From the IMG/VR virus record IMGVR_UViG_3300044708_000284, positions 1 through 24,124 of that record: a stretch of DNA of 24,124 bases; one strand, written 5' to 3'. This document shows positions 8,608 to 17,795 of this stretch, piece by piece. Every line of letters begins with the position of its first letter. Within the stretch, counting starts at the first letter, position 1. Source of the stretch: a virus. Lineage: Duplodnaviria; Caudoviricetes. Both the position numbers and the translations under genes were made by a program. A model generated the notes under the pieces. It saw nothing but the letters and a program-made list of their open reading frames with translations, searched no databases and was not told the origin of the DNA.

Positions 8608-9876
8608 TTATGGCTGGCTGAACAGGATGATCCCGCTCATCTCAGGCTGCTTGTTGACGACACCGAAGAGCGTATCCAGACGATACTTGGTCTTCATGGT
8701 GTTGATGTCGTAGAACTTCTGAAACACCACCTCGATGCCCTGCTCCGTGGTCGCGCGCATGACAGCCGTGCCCGCATCCGTCGGAACCGCGTAGTGCCCA
8801 GGCAGGATCTCGAGAGCGTCGCGCTGCCAGAACGGATTGATCGACGCAGTCGCCGTGTTGAGGAACACGATGGCCGCAGTCGCCGAGGTCGTCACCGCTA
8901 CGCAGTTCTTGTACTGCAATTCTGCAGTCGAACCGCCGAGAGCATTGATGATCGGTGGGCTGATCGTCATGGTCGTCGCCGAATCCACGCTGATGACGCG
9001 GAACGTCTTCAGCTGACCGGTGTCGCCCTTGGTGATGTGATGCACCGAGTCCATGCCCGCGATCGTGAAGCAGTCGCCTGCCGCTACGTTCGTGGTGGAC
9101 GAGATGGTCACACGCTGGAAGCGATTGTCGACGTTGTTCTTCTCGCCCGTCGCCGCGACCGAGGTCGCCTTCGGGACGTAGAACTGCGCGCCAGCCAACG
9201 TGGTGTTGATCGTGAGACCGCCACCGCCTGCTGCCACTGCCTGACGATTGGCGTAGTCCAGCTTGTACGTGTCGAATGACGCGATCAAGCCGACGTACGC
9301 TTTCTCGTACGCAGTCAGCACCTTGCCCGCAACCGTACCGCGGCTGGCGAGGTTCGACGCCATACCGTTGTAATCACGCGTGCTGAGTGCCAGGCAACGC
9401 TCGAAGTTCTGAACGCCTTGCTCGTTCATGATGGCTTCGGCAGCTGCGACGTCGTCGAAACCCGTGGCCGCAGCCGTGCGCTTCACGACCAACGTGCCCT
9501 GCTGAGCGGCGACGTTCATGATGGCGACGTTGATGTCCGACGCCAGTTTCTGCTTGGCGGCTTCGCCAAGACGGTTTTCCTGCAGCGCATCGCGCAGCTC
9601 CTTCGCGTCCAGGATCCACGGCGAGGACTTGCTGAAGCCCAACGTCGCAGGCACAGACAGCTGCGTCTGATTCTGGAAGTTGGCAGTCTGGTCCATGCCG
9701 TCGAACGACTGGGCAATGTAGGGCTGCGGGCGCCAGATGACATCGCCAGCACGCTCCATCTCTTGCGAGCTGGGGTTGTACTTGGCGACATTGCGAGAGA
9801 GCACGAGTGCGTCGTCGAACCCGAGAATGAGCTGTTCGAACGCGACTCGCTCCTCTTTACTGAATGAATTGGCCAT
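8608..9876 (-). CDS. major capsid protein (P22 coat protein family)
   Basis: 422 aa, starting MANSFSKEERVAFE and ending RLDTLFGVVNKQPEMSG. It follows the scaffold gene and has a GGAGA RBS. Confidence 0.9.
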   Translation of the reverse strand: MANSFSKEERVAFEQLILGFDDALVLSRNVAKYNPSSQEMERAGDVIWRPQPYIAQSFDGMDQTANFQNQTQLSVPATLGFSKSSPWILDAKELRDALQENRLGEAAKQKLASDINVAIMNVAAQQGTLVVKRTAAATGFDDVAAAEAIMNEQGVQNFERCLALSTRDYNGMASNLASRGTVAGKVLTAYEKAYVGLIASFDTYKLDYANRQAVAAGGGGLTINTTLAGAQFYVPKATSVAATGEKNNVDNRFQRVTISSTTNVAAGDCFTIAGMDSVHHITKGDTGQLKTFRVISVDSATTMTISPPIINALGGSTAELQYKNCVAVTTSATAAIVFLNTATASINPFWQRDALEILPGHYAVPTDAGTAVMRATTEQGIEVVFQKFYDINTMKTKYRLDTLFGVVNKQPEMSGIILFSQP

Positions 9877-9900
9877 TGGTGAATCTCCGATGATTGATGT

Positions 9901-10809
9901 TTATGAAGCCTTGCGCTTCTGCCGCTGATAAGCAGTGACCTTGCTGTAGTCACCAGTCTTCTCAGCGTCAGCACGCAGACGATCGAGCTGTGAGTCAACG
10001 ACTCCCGACTTGGGAGCCGAGCCTGTCACCACTCTCTCAGGCGGTGGTGGAGCCTTACGGGTTGTCAGTTTCAAGTCTTTCTCCAATTTTGCTACTGCGA
10101 AGGCGAACTTCACAGGATCAGTGATACCGCTAAGCTCCTTGAGCTTCGTCGGGTTCTTGCCGAGTGCGTAGATGACCAGCGCGGAGTTCTCTGCACCCTG
10201 CACCACGATGCCTTGCTGCACCTGGCTCAGAGTCTCGAGTGCCACGGCCTCGGCTTCAGCGAAGTCTTTGACCTTCAACTTGCCTTTGGCCTCACCGTAC
10301 TCAGCGAGCCGACCTTGCCAAGCTTCCTGAGACTTCTTCTCAGCTGCTTGACGGTCAGTCAACTCCTGATCGGCTTTGCGCTTCTGATCATTCCACTTAT
10401 TCAACGCCTCCTCGAACTTCGCCGTGTCATAGTCGATCTCAGGATCAGCCAACTTCGGCTTCGGTCCCAGTACCGTCGCTTGGGCAGCGGCAGCCTTATC
10501 GGCCTGCTGCTTCTGCAACTCTCGATTCTGACGGACGAGCTCGCGGTTCGTCTTCCTCAGCTCTCGCACCCACTCCGGTGCCTTCGCAATCTCCTCTTCT
10601 TCTTGGGTCGGCGCAGTGTCCCCAATGGTGACGACAACCTCGTCGGCCTCAGCACCTGCTTCGCCCTCGACAGGCGTCTCGCCCGTCTTGGTATCGTCGG
10701 CGCCGGATTCACCCTCGGCGCCTGCAGTTGCCAAAGCAGCTGCCGCCGCGGCCTGTGCCGCTTCGTCAACTACTACCTCTGTCGTCCCCTCTGCCGTTTC
10801 TCTGCTCAT
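9901..10809 (-). CDS. capsid scaffolding protein
   Basis: Acidic N-terminus, coiled coil (APEWVRELRK...), LVIYALGKNP and a basic C-terminus. It lies between portal and MCP. Confidence 0.8.
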   Translation of the reverse strand: MSRETAEGTTEVVVDEAAQAAAAAALATAGAEGESGADDTKTGETPVEGEAGAEADEVVVTIGDTAPTQEEEEIAKAPEWVRELRKTNRELVRQNRELQKQQADKAAAAQATVLGPKPKLADPEIDYDTAKFEEALNKWNDQKRKADQELTDRQAAEKKSQEAWQGRLAEYGEAKGKLKVKDFAEAEAVALETLSQVQQGIVVQGAENSALVIYALGKNPTKLKELSGITDPVKFAFAVAKLEKDLKLTTRKAPPPPERVVTGSAPKSGVVDSQLDRLRADAEKTGDYSKVTAYQRQKRKAS

Positions 10810-10902
10810 CTCTCTGACTCCCGTCTCAACTCACCCACTAATCGGCGGGGTGGAAACCGTCTACCTGCTGGCGCTGGATTGGTACTCAGCATCAGTCAAA
10901 GT

Positions 10903-13002
10903 TCACTGCGTGACCGGCGAACCCGCGATGCTGGGCGGCGTCACGCTCGGGCCCAGCTTCTGGATGGCGTCGACCAGCAGCCGCGTCGACTCCGCATCGA
11001 GGTTCCTGAGAATCTCGAGCGTCTCGGCGCGCTTCTTGTCGGCGTCGGCCTGCTTCTGTATGGTGCCGGCCTGCGCCTGCGCGCCCTCGGCCCGAGCCTG
11101 GTCGGCGGCGGCGAGCAAGTACTGGTCCTGCGCCGATGGCTGCTGACCGGCGGACTCCTTCTGCAGCTCCGCGGCCTCCTGCTCATTGGGCTTTAGCACC
11201 TCCATCTTGATCAGCTTGCGGCGGAAGTATCGGCGCACGTCGCTGATGCCCTCGCCCTCCATGTTCATCATGGCCATGGAGCCGAGCACCTGCTTCGTCT
11301 CAGGGTCGTCGGTCAGGGCCGCCATCTTAGTCAGCGTGCGCACCGTGGCCGCGCGCTTCGTGCTGCTCGACGGACCGACGTCGACGACCACCTTGAACTT
11401 CGCCCTGCTGAAGTCGTTCTCGTACGTCGGCTCGGCCGTCTTCTGGTCGATCGTCGCCTTCATGAGCTCGACCTGGCTCACCTCGCCCGACGTGCCGAGC
11501 GACATCATGACGCGGCCCTCCTCTACCAGCACGTCCTTCGCCATGGACAGCCAGACCTCGCCGCATCGCTTCACGGCCTTCGCCATGTTCGACAGGTAGA
11601 TGAAGGTCTGCATGTCGACGCGGTTGGCGAAGGTCTCGAAGGTGACCTCCGAGACGTTGCTCGGCACCTCTTCGGCCGCAGCCTGCACGCCGAGCAGGTC
11701 CTTCATGTCTTCCTCGGTCATCTGCAGCAGCACGCCGAGCGCCGGCGGGATGGCTGGGGACTTAGTGTAGGCCGTGGGCCCGATCACGTTCTCGTTGCCG
11801 TCCTTGTCGGTCACCGGGTTGACCAGCAGGTAGGGGTAGTTCTTGATGTTGTCCTCGGACCACATCGTCTGGTGGCCGGCGATCTGCTCGGGCGTGAGGA
11901 TGGGCTTCTCGACCGACGACAAGGCGCTGATCTCGCCGAGCTTCGACAGCTGCATATTCTTCAGGCGCTGCGCGTCCTTGGCGAGGCGCACATGGCCCAT
12001 GCAGCGCTCGACGTTGTCGACGAACCAGCGCTTGCCATACACCGGGATGATGGGGATGCACGACCCGGCGATCAGACCCATGTCCTCGAGGATCTTGCCG
12101 CCAGACATCAGGTACTTGTGCACCCGCTTGCGGCGGATCTTCTTGGTGCGCAGCAGCTTGGCGCCGACGGACTCGAGCTCCTCGCGCTTGGTGGGCACCT
12201 CGCCCTCGTCGTCCTCGTCCTCTTCGCGGGCCTCGTCGTCGAGCTCGTCGTCGGTGAACCGCTGCTCAGAGCCGTCCATCAGCCTGTAGATGTGCACGTC
12301 CTCGCGCTTCTCCTCTATCTCGTAGTACTCGGCCTTGTACACGACGTCAGGCGTCGACCAGTCGAAAGCGCCTATCTCGAAGCCCTTGGGCCACGAGTTG
12401 GGATCGTCGTCGTACTCGTCGGTGTAGTCCGTGCGGGCCTGGGACATGATGACCCACGCGCGCTTGGCGTCGGACTTGTCCTGCTTCTTGGCGTCGAGGT
12501 CGAAGAACACCGAGGTGTCGGCGTCGTAGATAGGCTCGAAGCAGATGCGCTGGCGCTCGTCGTCCGGGTCGTCCTCGTCCTCGTACTTGGTGCGCAGCCG
12601 CCACGCACCCATGCCGCCACCAACAGCCTCTTCAAAGGCGTTGTCATACGATTCCTCAGCACCTGAGTCCTGCTCGTCAGCACGATAGAGTCCGTCACAA
12701 GTGTCGGCGAGCTTGTCGTTCTCCACGCCGTCCATGCTCTTGAAGTCGACGGTGATGCGGTTGTTGCGGTACTCGTTGATGATGCGGATGACGGCGAGGT
12801 GGACCTTGTTCACCTCGAACTTCGGCTTGTTCTCGAACTGGTCGTTCAGCGGCCCCTCCCACTGCGCGCCTGCGATCGAGTAGAACCTGCGGTCCGACAG
12901 GCACTGCTTGCGCTCGTCGCGCAGCGCGGACTGCACCCTGTTGAACTCCCGGAGCGCCCGCTCGTGCACCCCGCGCAACCGCTCCTCTTTGGTCATAGCC
13001 AT
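10903..13002 (-). CDS. portal protein (P22-like)
   Basis: About 699 aa from ATG 13002, which overlaps the terL stop (TAATG). Motifs AGAQW, GGMGAWRL, IPIIPVYG and GHVRLAKDAQRLKN. Confidence 0.92.
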   Translation of the reverse strand: MAMTKEERLRGVHERALREFNRVQSALRDERKQCLSDRRFYSIAGAQWEGPLNDQFENKPKFEVNKVHLAVIRIINEYRNNRITVDFKSMDGVENDKLADTCDGLYRADEQDSGAEESYDNAFEEAVGGGMGAWRLRTKYEDEDDPDDERQRICFEPIYDADTSVFFDLDAKKQDKSDAKRAWVIMSQARTDYTDEYDDDPNSWPKGFEIGAFDWSTPDVVYKAEYYEIEEKREDVHIYRLMDGSEQRFTDDELDDEAREEDEDDEGEVPTKREELESVGAKLLRTKKIRRKRVHKYLMSGGKILEDMGLIAGSCIPIIPVYGKRWFVDNVERCMGHVRLAKDAQRLKNMQLSKLGEISALSSVEKPILTPEQIAGHQTMWSEDNIKNYPYLLVNPVTDKDGNENVIGPTAYTKSPAIPPALGVLLQMTEEDMKDLLGVQAAAEEVPSNVSEVTFETFANRVDMQTFIYLSNMAKAVKRCGEVWLSMAKDVLVEEGRVMMSLGTSGEVSQVELMKATIDQKTAEPTYENDFSRAKFKVVVDVGPSSSTKRAATVRTLTKMAALTDDPETKQVLGSMAMMNMEGEGISDVRRYFRRKLIKMEVLKPNEQEAAELQKESAGQQPSAQDQYLLAAADQARAEGAQAQAGTIQKQADADKKRAETLEILRNLDAESTRLLVDAIQKLGPSVTPPSIAGSPVTQ

Positions 13003-14366
13003 TAGTTCTTTCTCCCGAAGTGATTCACGACCGGTATAGGCGCCGTCTGCTGGCGCTCCTTCTTGGCAGCCACGACCTGCGGGAACAGCTCGGCGAGCCC
13101 CCATATGGCGGAGTCAGCCCTGTTCGGCGAGCCCTGCCCCGTGTAGCCGGTGGTGGACATGGCGCACAGCTCGTCCTCGAGCCGCGGCAGCACGCCGACG
13201 TGGCGCACCTTGCCCTGCTCGTAGAGCGCGCTGAACGGCTCTGCCCTCACCACCTTGCCCCGGCTGGCGGTCACCTTCCTGAAGTTGACGCGCATGTGCT
13301 CGACGGACGCGGCGGTCTGCACGGTGGCCCTGACCATGTCGCCGCCGAAGTTGGACTCGCCGACGATGACGTCGGCCTTGTGCCTGTCGTAGGTGGTGAC
13401 GGCGGTCCTGCCCCAGGTCGCGGGCCCGGCCTTCAGGGACACGTCCTCGAGCACGTAGGCGTTGCCGTCCACGCCGAGGCCGACGGGCACGATGCCTATC
13501 TCGTCGTTGTCCGCGTTGTCCTCGTCGCCCGAGCCCGACGGGTCGACCGGTATCACGACGCGGATCAGCTGCGGCACCTGCGACGGGTCCACCCGCCACT
13601 TGTCTATGCTGGCCTCGTCGAACAGCGCGTTGGGCGTCGCCTCGGCGAACTCGCCGTCCATGAACCGGCGGCGCATGCGGGCCGAGAGCCCTGACAGCGT
13701 GGCCAGGTACTCTGGCGACAGGTTCTCTGCGTTGTCCCTGGGGTTCAGCTGCATGGAGGCGAAGGCCTCGGGGTCCTTCAGCGCCTCGCGGGTCTCCGGG
13801 TTCTCCTTCTGCCTGAACAGCCTGAAGGTCCAGTGCGCCTTGTTCGGCGGGTTGCAGTCGTAGTAGGCGCGCAGCCTCAGCGGCCCGGCCTCCTTGCCGT
13901 CGATGACCTGCACGGCGAGCTGGGCGAGGCGGGTGATGATCATCTCCCTCGCGGCCCAGCTTATCTGGCTGCACTCGTTGAGGAAGATGGTGGCGAACTC
14001 GAGGCCGAGCACCTTCTCGGTGCGCTCCTTGTCGTCCAGCCCGCAGAACCACACCTCGCTGCCGTTGGGCAGGGTGGCGAACCAGTCGGACTTCGATATG
14101 TCGTACCTGACGCGCGGGAAGCACAGGGCCATCACCTTGGGGAAGGTGTCGAGGATGATGGAGCTCTTGACGTGGTTGAAGCGGAAGCGGGCGATGAGGT
14201 GGCGGGACTTCGGCGCCTTGAGCGCGCGCATCACCACGTTGCGGACGTGCAGGAAGGTCTTGCCGGAGCGGGAGCCGCCGAACAGCATGCAGTGGGTCGC
14301 GGCGCCGGCGAGCAGCCTCAGCGCCTCGGACTGCTTGTCGTTGAACTTGAAGGCGCCGTCGGTCAC
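13002..14366 (-). CDS. terL: terminase large subunit
   Basis: Walker A FGGSRSGKT, Walker B-like IFLNE, DCNP coupling motif, and a nuclease domain (VDPSG...SPNRADS). Confidence 0.93.
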   Translation of the reverse strand: MTDGAFKFNDKQSEALRLLAGAATHCMLFGGSRSGKTFLHVRNVVMRALKAPKSRHLIARFRFNHVKSSIILDTFPKVMALCFPRVRYDISKSDWFATLPNGSEVWFCGLDDKERTEKVLGLEFATIFLNECSQISWAAREMIITRLAQLAVQVIDGKEAGPLRLRAYYDCNPPNKAHWTFRLFRQKENPETREALKDPEAFASMQLNPRDNAENLSPEYLATLSGLSARMRRRFMDGEFAEATPNALFDEASIDKWRVDPSQVPQLIRVVIPVDPSGSGDEDNADNDEIGIVPVGLGVDGNAYVLEDVSLKAGPATWGRTAVTTYDRHKADVIVGESNFGGDMVRATVQTAASVEHMRVNFRKVTASRGKVVRAEPFSALYEQGKVRHVGVLPRLEDELCAMSTTGYTGQGSPNRADSAIWGLAELFPQVVAAKKERQQTAPIPVVNHFGRKN

Positions 14367-14707
14367 AGCGCCTCGTCCACTGGCGTGGAGCGTATGACCA
14401 CGGGCCCGCCGCCGTCGCCCACGACCTCGGTGCGCGCCAGCTTGGGTATGTGGTACTCGGCCATGCTCATCGCAGAGTCGAGCGCCTTGGCGGGGTCGGG
14501 CTTCACGAGCCAGAACTCCTTCCGCTTGCCGCGGCTGTCCACGTACGTGGACTTCACACCGTTGGCCACCTGGGACATCCAGGTGGCGAAGTTCTCCGTG
14601 TTTCCCTTGAGCACGGACGCGATCGCCTCCCGCACATCACGCGTGGTGCGGTTGACAGAGCCCTTCGGTCTGCCCTTGGGATTCTTGGGGACTGTGGCCA
14701 CGCTCAA
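14363..14707 (-). CDS. terS: terminase small subunit
   Basis: N-terminal NPKGRPKGSVN and C-terminal PKLARTEVVGDGGGPV. GTGA overlap with terL. The start may instead be GTG 14701. Confidence 0.75.
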   Translation of the reverse strand: MSVATVPKNPKGRPKGSVNRTTRDVREAIASVLKGNTENFATWMSQVANGVKSTYVDSRGKRKEFWLVKPDPAKALDSAMSMAEYHIPKLARTEVVGDGGGPVVIRSTPVDEAL

Positions 14708-14756
14708 TCTCCGCGGTGAATTTATTTAATGGCCACGGATACTACGCCCTGTAGGA

Positions 14757-15176
14757 CGAAGCGTACACAGTGTGGTGTTTCGGGCCCACGGCCGTGAATG
14801 GTGTGATCACATATGCCATTTTGGCGTGGCAGCGAAGCAAAAATGTGAAGCTAGTAGAGTGTATGAATTTGAAGGAAAATTTCGATAACTTCGTTTGCTT
14901 CGCTTCTCTTTCTTATTAGAAAGAAAGAAAGAAAGAAAATATATTTATATATATAAAGGTTTGGGGGCTTGTCGAAGCGAAACGTTCGAAGCGCGCAGTG
15001 CTGTGAGGAAAGAACAACCACAGGTGAATCATGCACTTGCGAGGTCGAGCTCCACAGCATGTACTTCACTTCCCGCTTCGCTGTAGGATTCCGTCTGCGA
15101 CGGAGGGCCCTCATTTGACGAAAGCCTAGTGCTCCACATCAAGACCGCCTCAGCAGTGGTGAGGGCTCTCCGAAGC
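14757..15176. repeat. AT-rich divergent intergenic region with repeated CGAAGC hexamers (candidate origin/control region)
   Basis: CGAAGC at 14757, 14833, 14973, 14987 and 15171; reverse complement at 14897 and 15075. An 11-bp inverted repeat AGCGAAGCAAA/TTTGCTTCGCT. (GAAA)n and (AT)n runs at about 14915-14957. Confidence 0.5.
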
Positions 15177-15230
15177 AAGACTGCTGAGGTCTGTCAGAAA
15201 TAACTCTTATATAGTGGAGCTCCCCGACTC

Positions 15231-17321
15231 ATGAAGAACCCCCCTGCTAGTGTGAAACTGTCTGGCAAAGCCGCCCAGCTCGGCGCCGCGAAGCTCGAGT
15301 CCTCCGGGCTGGACCCGAAGGACGCCAAGCGGCTGGGGTTCGAGTTCCTCTCCGGCGAGCAGACCGCCAAGCTGCACCCGACGTTCAAGCCGCTCTGCTC
15401 CCTCAAGATAAAGTACCACGACCACCTCGGGAAGCCGCTGCCGGACATGCCGTGCGCCAGGCCCTTCTACCGGGTGCGCTACCTCGAGGTGCCGACGGAC
15501 TTCGGGGCGCTCTCTGAGAAGAAGCCGGTGCGGTACGTGCAGGAGCCCAACACGGCGCCGGTGGCCTACTACCCCCTGAACCAGGACTGGAGGGAGCTCG
15601 TCTCCGACACGGCGCAGCCGCTCATCATCACGGAGGGCGAGCTCAAGGCGGCCAAGGCCTGCGCGGCCGGGTTCCCCACGATCGGCATCGGCGGCGTCTA
15701 CAATTGGAGGGCGCACAGGCTGGGCATCGAGTGGCTGCCGTCCCTCGAGCCGGTGGACTGGCGCCGCCGCAACGTCTACGTGTGCTTCGACTCGGACTTC
15801 GCCACGAACGTCATGGTCTGCTCCGCACTGAAGGAGCTGGCCGAGGAGCTGTCGCGGCGCGGCGCGTTCGCCTACCTGGTCGCGCTGCCCACGCTCGAGG
15901 GCACCCAGAAGATGGGTCTGGACGACTTCTTCGTCAGCGCCGGCGACGCGGGCGAACCCATGTTCCGCAAGCTGCTGCACAGCGCCGAGCCGCTGGGCCT
16001 CGCGAGGGCGCTCTTCGGTCTCAACGACGGCTACGTGTACGTGCGCGACCCGGGGCTCGTCGTCACCCAGGGCACGAACGCCAAGACCTCGCCCGCCGCG
16101 TTCAGGGACCACCTCGAGTCCAAGACCCAGTACCACGAGTGGGAGCTGCGCAAGGACGGCTCGCTGGCCTACAACGCGGTCTCGGCCGCCGGCGCGTGGC
16201 TGAAGTGGCCGCTGAGGACCGAGGCTGCGAAGCTCACCTACAGGCCGGGCGCCGAGAGGTTCGTCGCCGCCCAGGGCGCGCCGCTCTACAACATATGGAC
16301 GGGCTGGGGCGTCGAGGCGAAGAGGGGCGACGCCAGGCCGTTCCTCAAGCTGGTGGACCACCTGTTCACCGGCGCCGAGCCTGGCGCAAAGGAGTGGTTC
16401 CTCAGGTGGTGCGCGTTCCCGCTCAAGTACCCCGGGTCGAAGATGTTCAGCTCGGCGGTGCTGCACGGCATCAGGCACGGCACCGGCAAGAGCTTCGTCG
16501 GCTACACGCTCGGCCGCATCTACGGCGAGAACTTCTCGGAGATCAGCGCCGTGGACCTGCACGGGCACTTCAACGAGTGGTGCGAGGGCAGGCAGTTCGT
16601 CATGGGCGACGACGTCACCGGCTCGAACAAGCGCGCCGACGCGGACTTCCTCAAGAAGCTCATCACGCAGAAGAACATACGCATCAACCCCAAGTACGTG
16701 GCCTCGTACGTCGTGCCGGACTGCATCAACTACTTCTTCACGGCCAACCACCCCGACGCGTTCTTCCTAGAAGATGACGACCGCCGCTTCTTCGTGCACG
16801 AGGTGCTGGTGGGCCCGCTGCCCGAGGAGTTCTACCGGGAGTACGAGCTGTGGCTGGACACGGGCGGCGCCGCGGCGGTGTTCCACCACCTGCTGAACCT
16901 GGACATGGGGGACTTCAGCCACACCGCGCCGGCCTTCAGGACGTCGGCGAAGGAGAGGATGATCGCCAACGTGCAGTCGGACCTCGCCACCTGGGTCCGC
17001 GCGCTGGTGGCCAACCCAGGCCACGCCCTGAAGGTGGGCGAGGTGCCGATCGCGAGGGACCTGTTCACGGCGAGGGAGCTGCTGGAGCTGTACAACCCGC
17101 TCGGCTCGGGGCAGCTCACGGCCAACGGCATGGGGCGCGAGCTCGCGAGGGCGGGCGTGAGCCAGGTCTGCCGCGGCATGCAGGTGAGGCTCTCCGACGG
17201 CTCGCAGGGCCGCTACTACGCCGTGAGGAACGCGGACTCGTGGCTCGGGAAGGGCCCGAAGGAGTGCGCCGTCCACATAGAGGGCGCCCCGGACGCAGGC
17301 AAGGGGAAGAAAAAGTACTAG
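15231..17321 (+). CDS. DNA primase-helicase (TOPRIM DUF3854-like + SF3/DUF5906-like helicase)
   Basis: TOPRIM motifs IITEGELKA, CFDSD and KMGLDDF. Walker A GIRHGTGKS, Walker B VMGDD, sensor FFTANH and DDRRFFV. Confidence 0.88.
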   Translation: MKNPPASVKLSGKAAQLGAAKLESSGLDPKDAKRLGFEFLSGEQTAKLHPTFKPLCSLKIKYHDHLGKPLPDMPCARPFYRVRYLEVPTDFGALSEKKPVRYVQEPNTAPVAYYPLNQDWRELVSDTAQPLIITEGELKAAKACAAGFPTIGIGGVYNWRAHRLGIEWLPSLEPVDWRRRNVYVCFDSDFATNVMVCSALKELAEELSRRGAFAYLVALPTLEGTQKMGLDDFFVSAGDAGEPMFRKLLHSAEPLGLARALFGLNDGYVYVRDPGLVVTQGTNAKTSPAAFRDHLESKTQYHEWELRKDGSLAYNAVSAAGAWLKWPLRTEAAKLTYRPGAERFVAAQGAPLYNIWTGWGVEAKRGDARPFLKLVDHLFTGAEPGAKEWFLRWCAFPLKYPGSKMFSSAVLHGIRHGTGKSFVGYTLGRIYGENFSEISAVDLHGHFNEWCEGRQFVMGDDVTGSNKRADADFLKKLITQKNIRINPKYVASYVVPDCINYFFTANHPDAFFLEDDDRRFFVHEVLVGPLPEEFYREYELWLDTGGAAAVFHHLLNLDMGDFSHTAPAFRTSAKERMIANVQSDLATWVRALVANPGHALKVGEVPIARDLFTARELLELYNPLGSGQLTANGMGRELARAGVSQVCRGMQVRLSDGSQGRYYAVRNADSWLGKGPKECAVHIEGAPDAGKGKKKY

Positions 17322-17426
17322 GCCACCGCTTACAAACCGCAGGTTGCGGACTACGATTCTGCATCTTCCGGGCCGACCCGGACGTGGCGCTCTTATATGT
17401 GTGGGACTGACCCGAGGAGACGAGAG

Positions 17427-17762
17427 ATGAACAGCAGAGACTTGAACGCGCCGGCGGACTCAGAGCCGGCGATCGAAGAACGCATCGTGGCGGCGGGCCT
17501 GACCGCTCCGCGCGTGACGCCGCAGCAGGTGGACGACCAGATCGCCGGCGACACGGAGGGCCTCGAGCCGTACCAGGTGCGCGTGGTGGCCGAGCACGCG
17601 ATGCTGGCGTCGAACATCTCGAAGCTGGTGTCGTTCATCAGCCGGCCTGGGTTCACGGAGCTGCCGCGCGACGAGCAGCACCGCATGGTGCGGCAGCGCA
17701 GGGCGATGGAGGAGTACGCGGACGCGCTGTCGGAGCGGATAATCAACTTCAAGAAGACCTGA
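17427..17762 (+). CDS. chimeric protein: Gp49/Sf6 gp66-like N-terminal segment + Y16Q/crAss001_48-like helical hairpin (candidate anti-defence sponge)
   Basis: IEERIVAAGLTAPRVTPQQVDDQI followed by PYQVRVVAE...KLVSFI...F..L...EQ....Q...M..Y...L.ERI. ATG 17427 follows GAGGAG. Confidence 0.65.
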   Translation: MNSRDLNAPADSEPAIEERIVAAGLTAPRVTPQQVDDQIAGDTEGLEPYQVRVVAEHAMLASNISKLVSFISRPGFTELPRDEQHRMVRQRRAMEEYADALSERIINFKKT

Positions 17763-17795
17763 CCCGACGGCGGGTCCTACAACGGGAGAGCATCG

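Noticed and set aside
13114-14124. 336-aa alternative-frame ORF within terL, and similar long ORFs (15207-16751, 15704-16777, 18751-19827, 10213-11196)
   Set aside because: These are shadow ORFs expected from very high GC3 coding DNA. They are Arg/Gly/Ala-rich, lack motifs and overlap well-supported genes.
14915-14957. (GAAA)n run as a CRISPR array or phase-variation repeat
   Set aside because: It is too short, has no spacers and is not inside a gene. It is better explained as part of the AT-rich core.
14851-15114. Short ORFs on both strands across the AT-rich region
   Set aside because: They are low-complexity translations of (GAAA)n/(AT)n runs, with atypical codon usage and no RBS.
17761-17776. 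GACCCG-acgg-CGGGTC hairpin as an intrinsic terminator
   Set aside because: No U-tract follows and the next gene starts about 20 nt later. It is at most an mRNA-stability hairpin.
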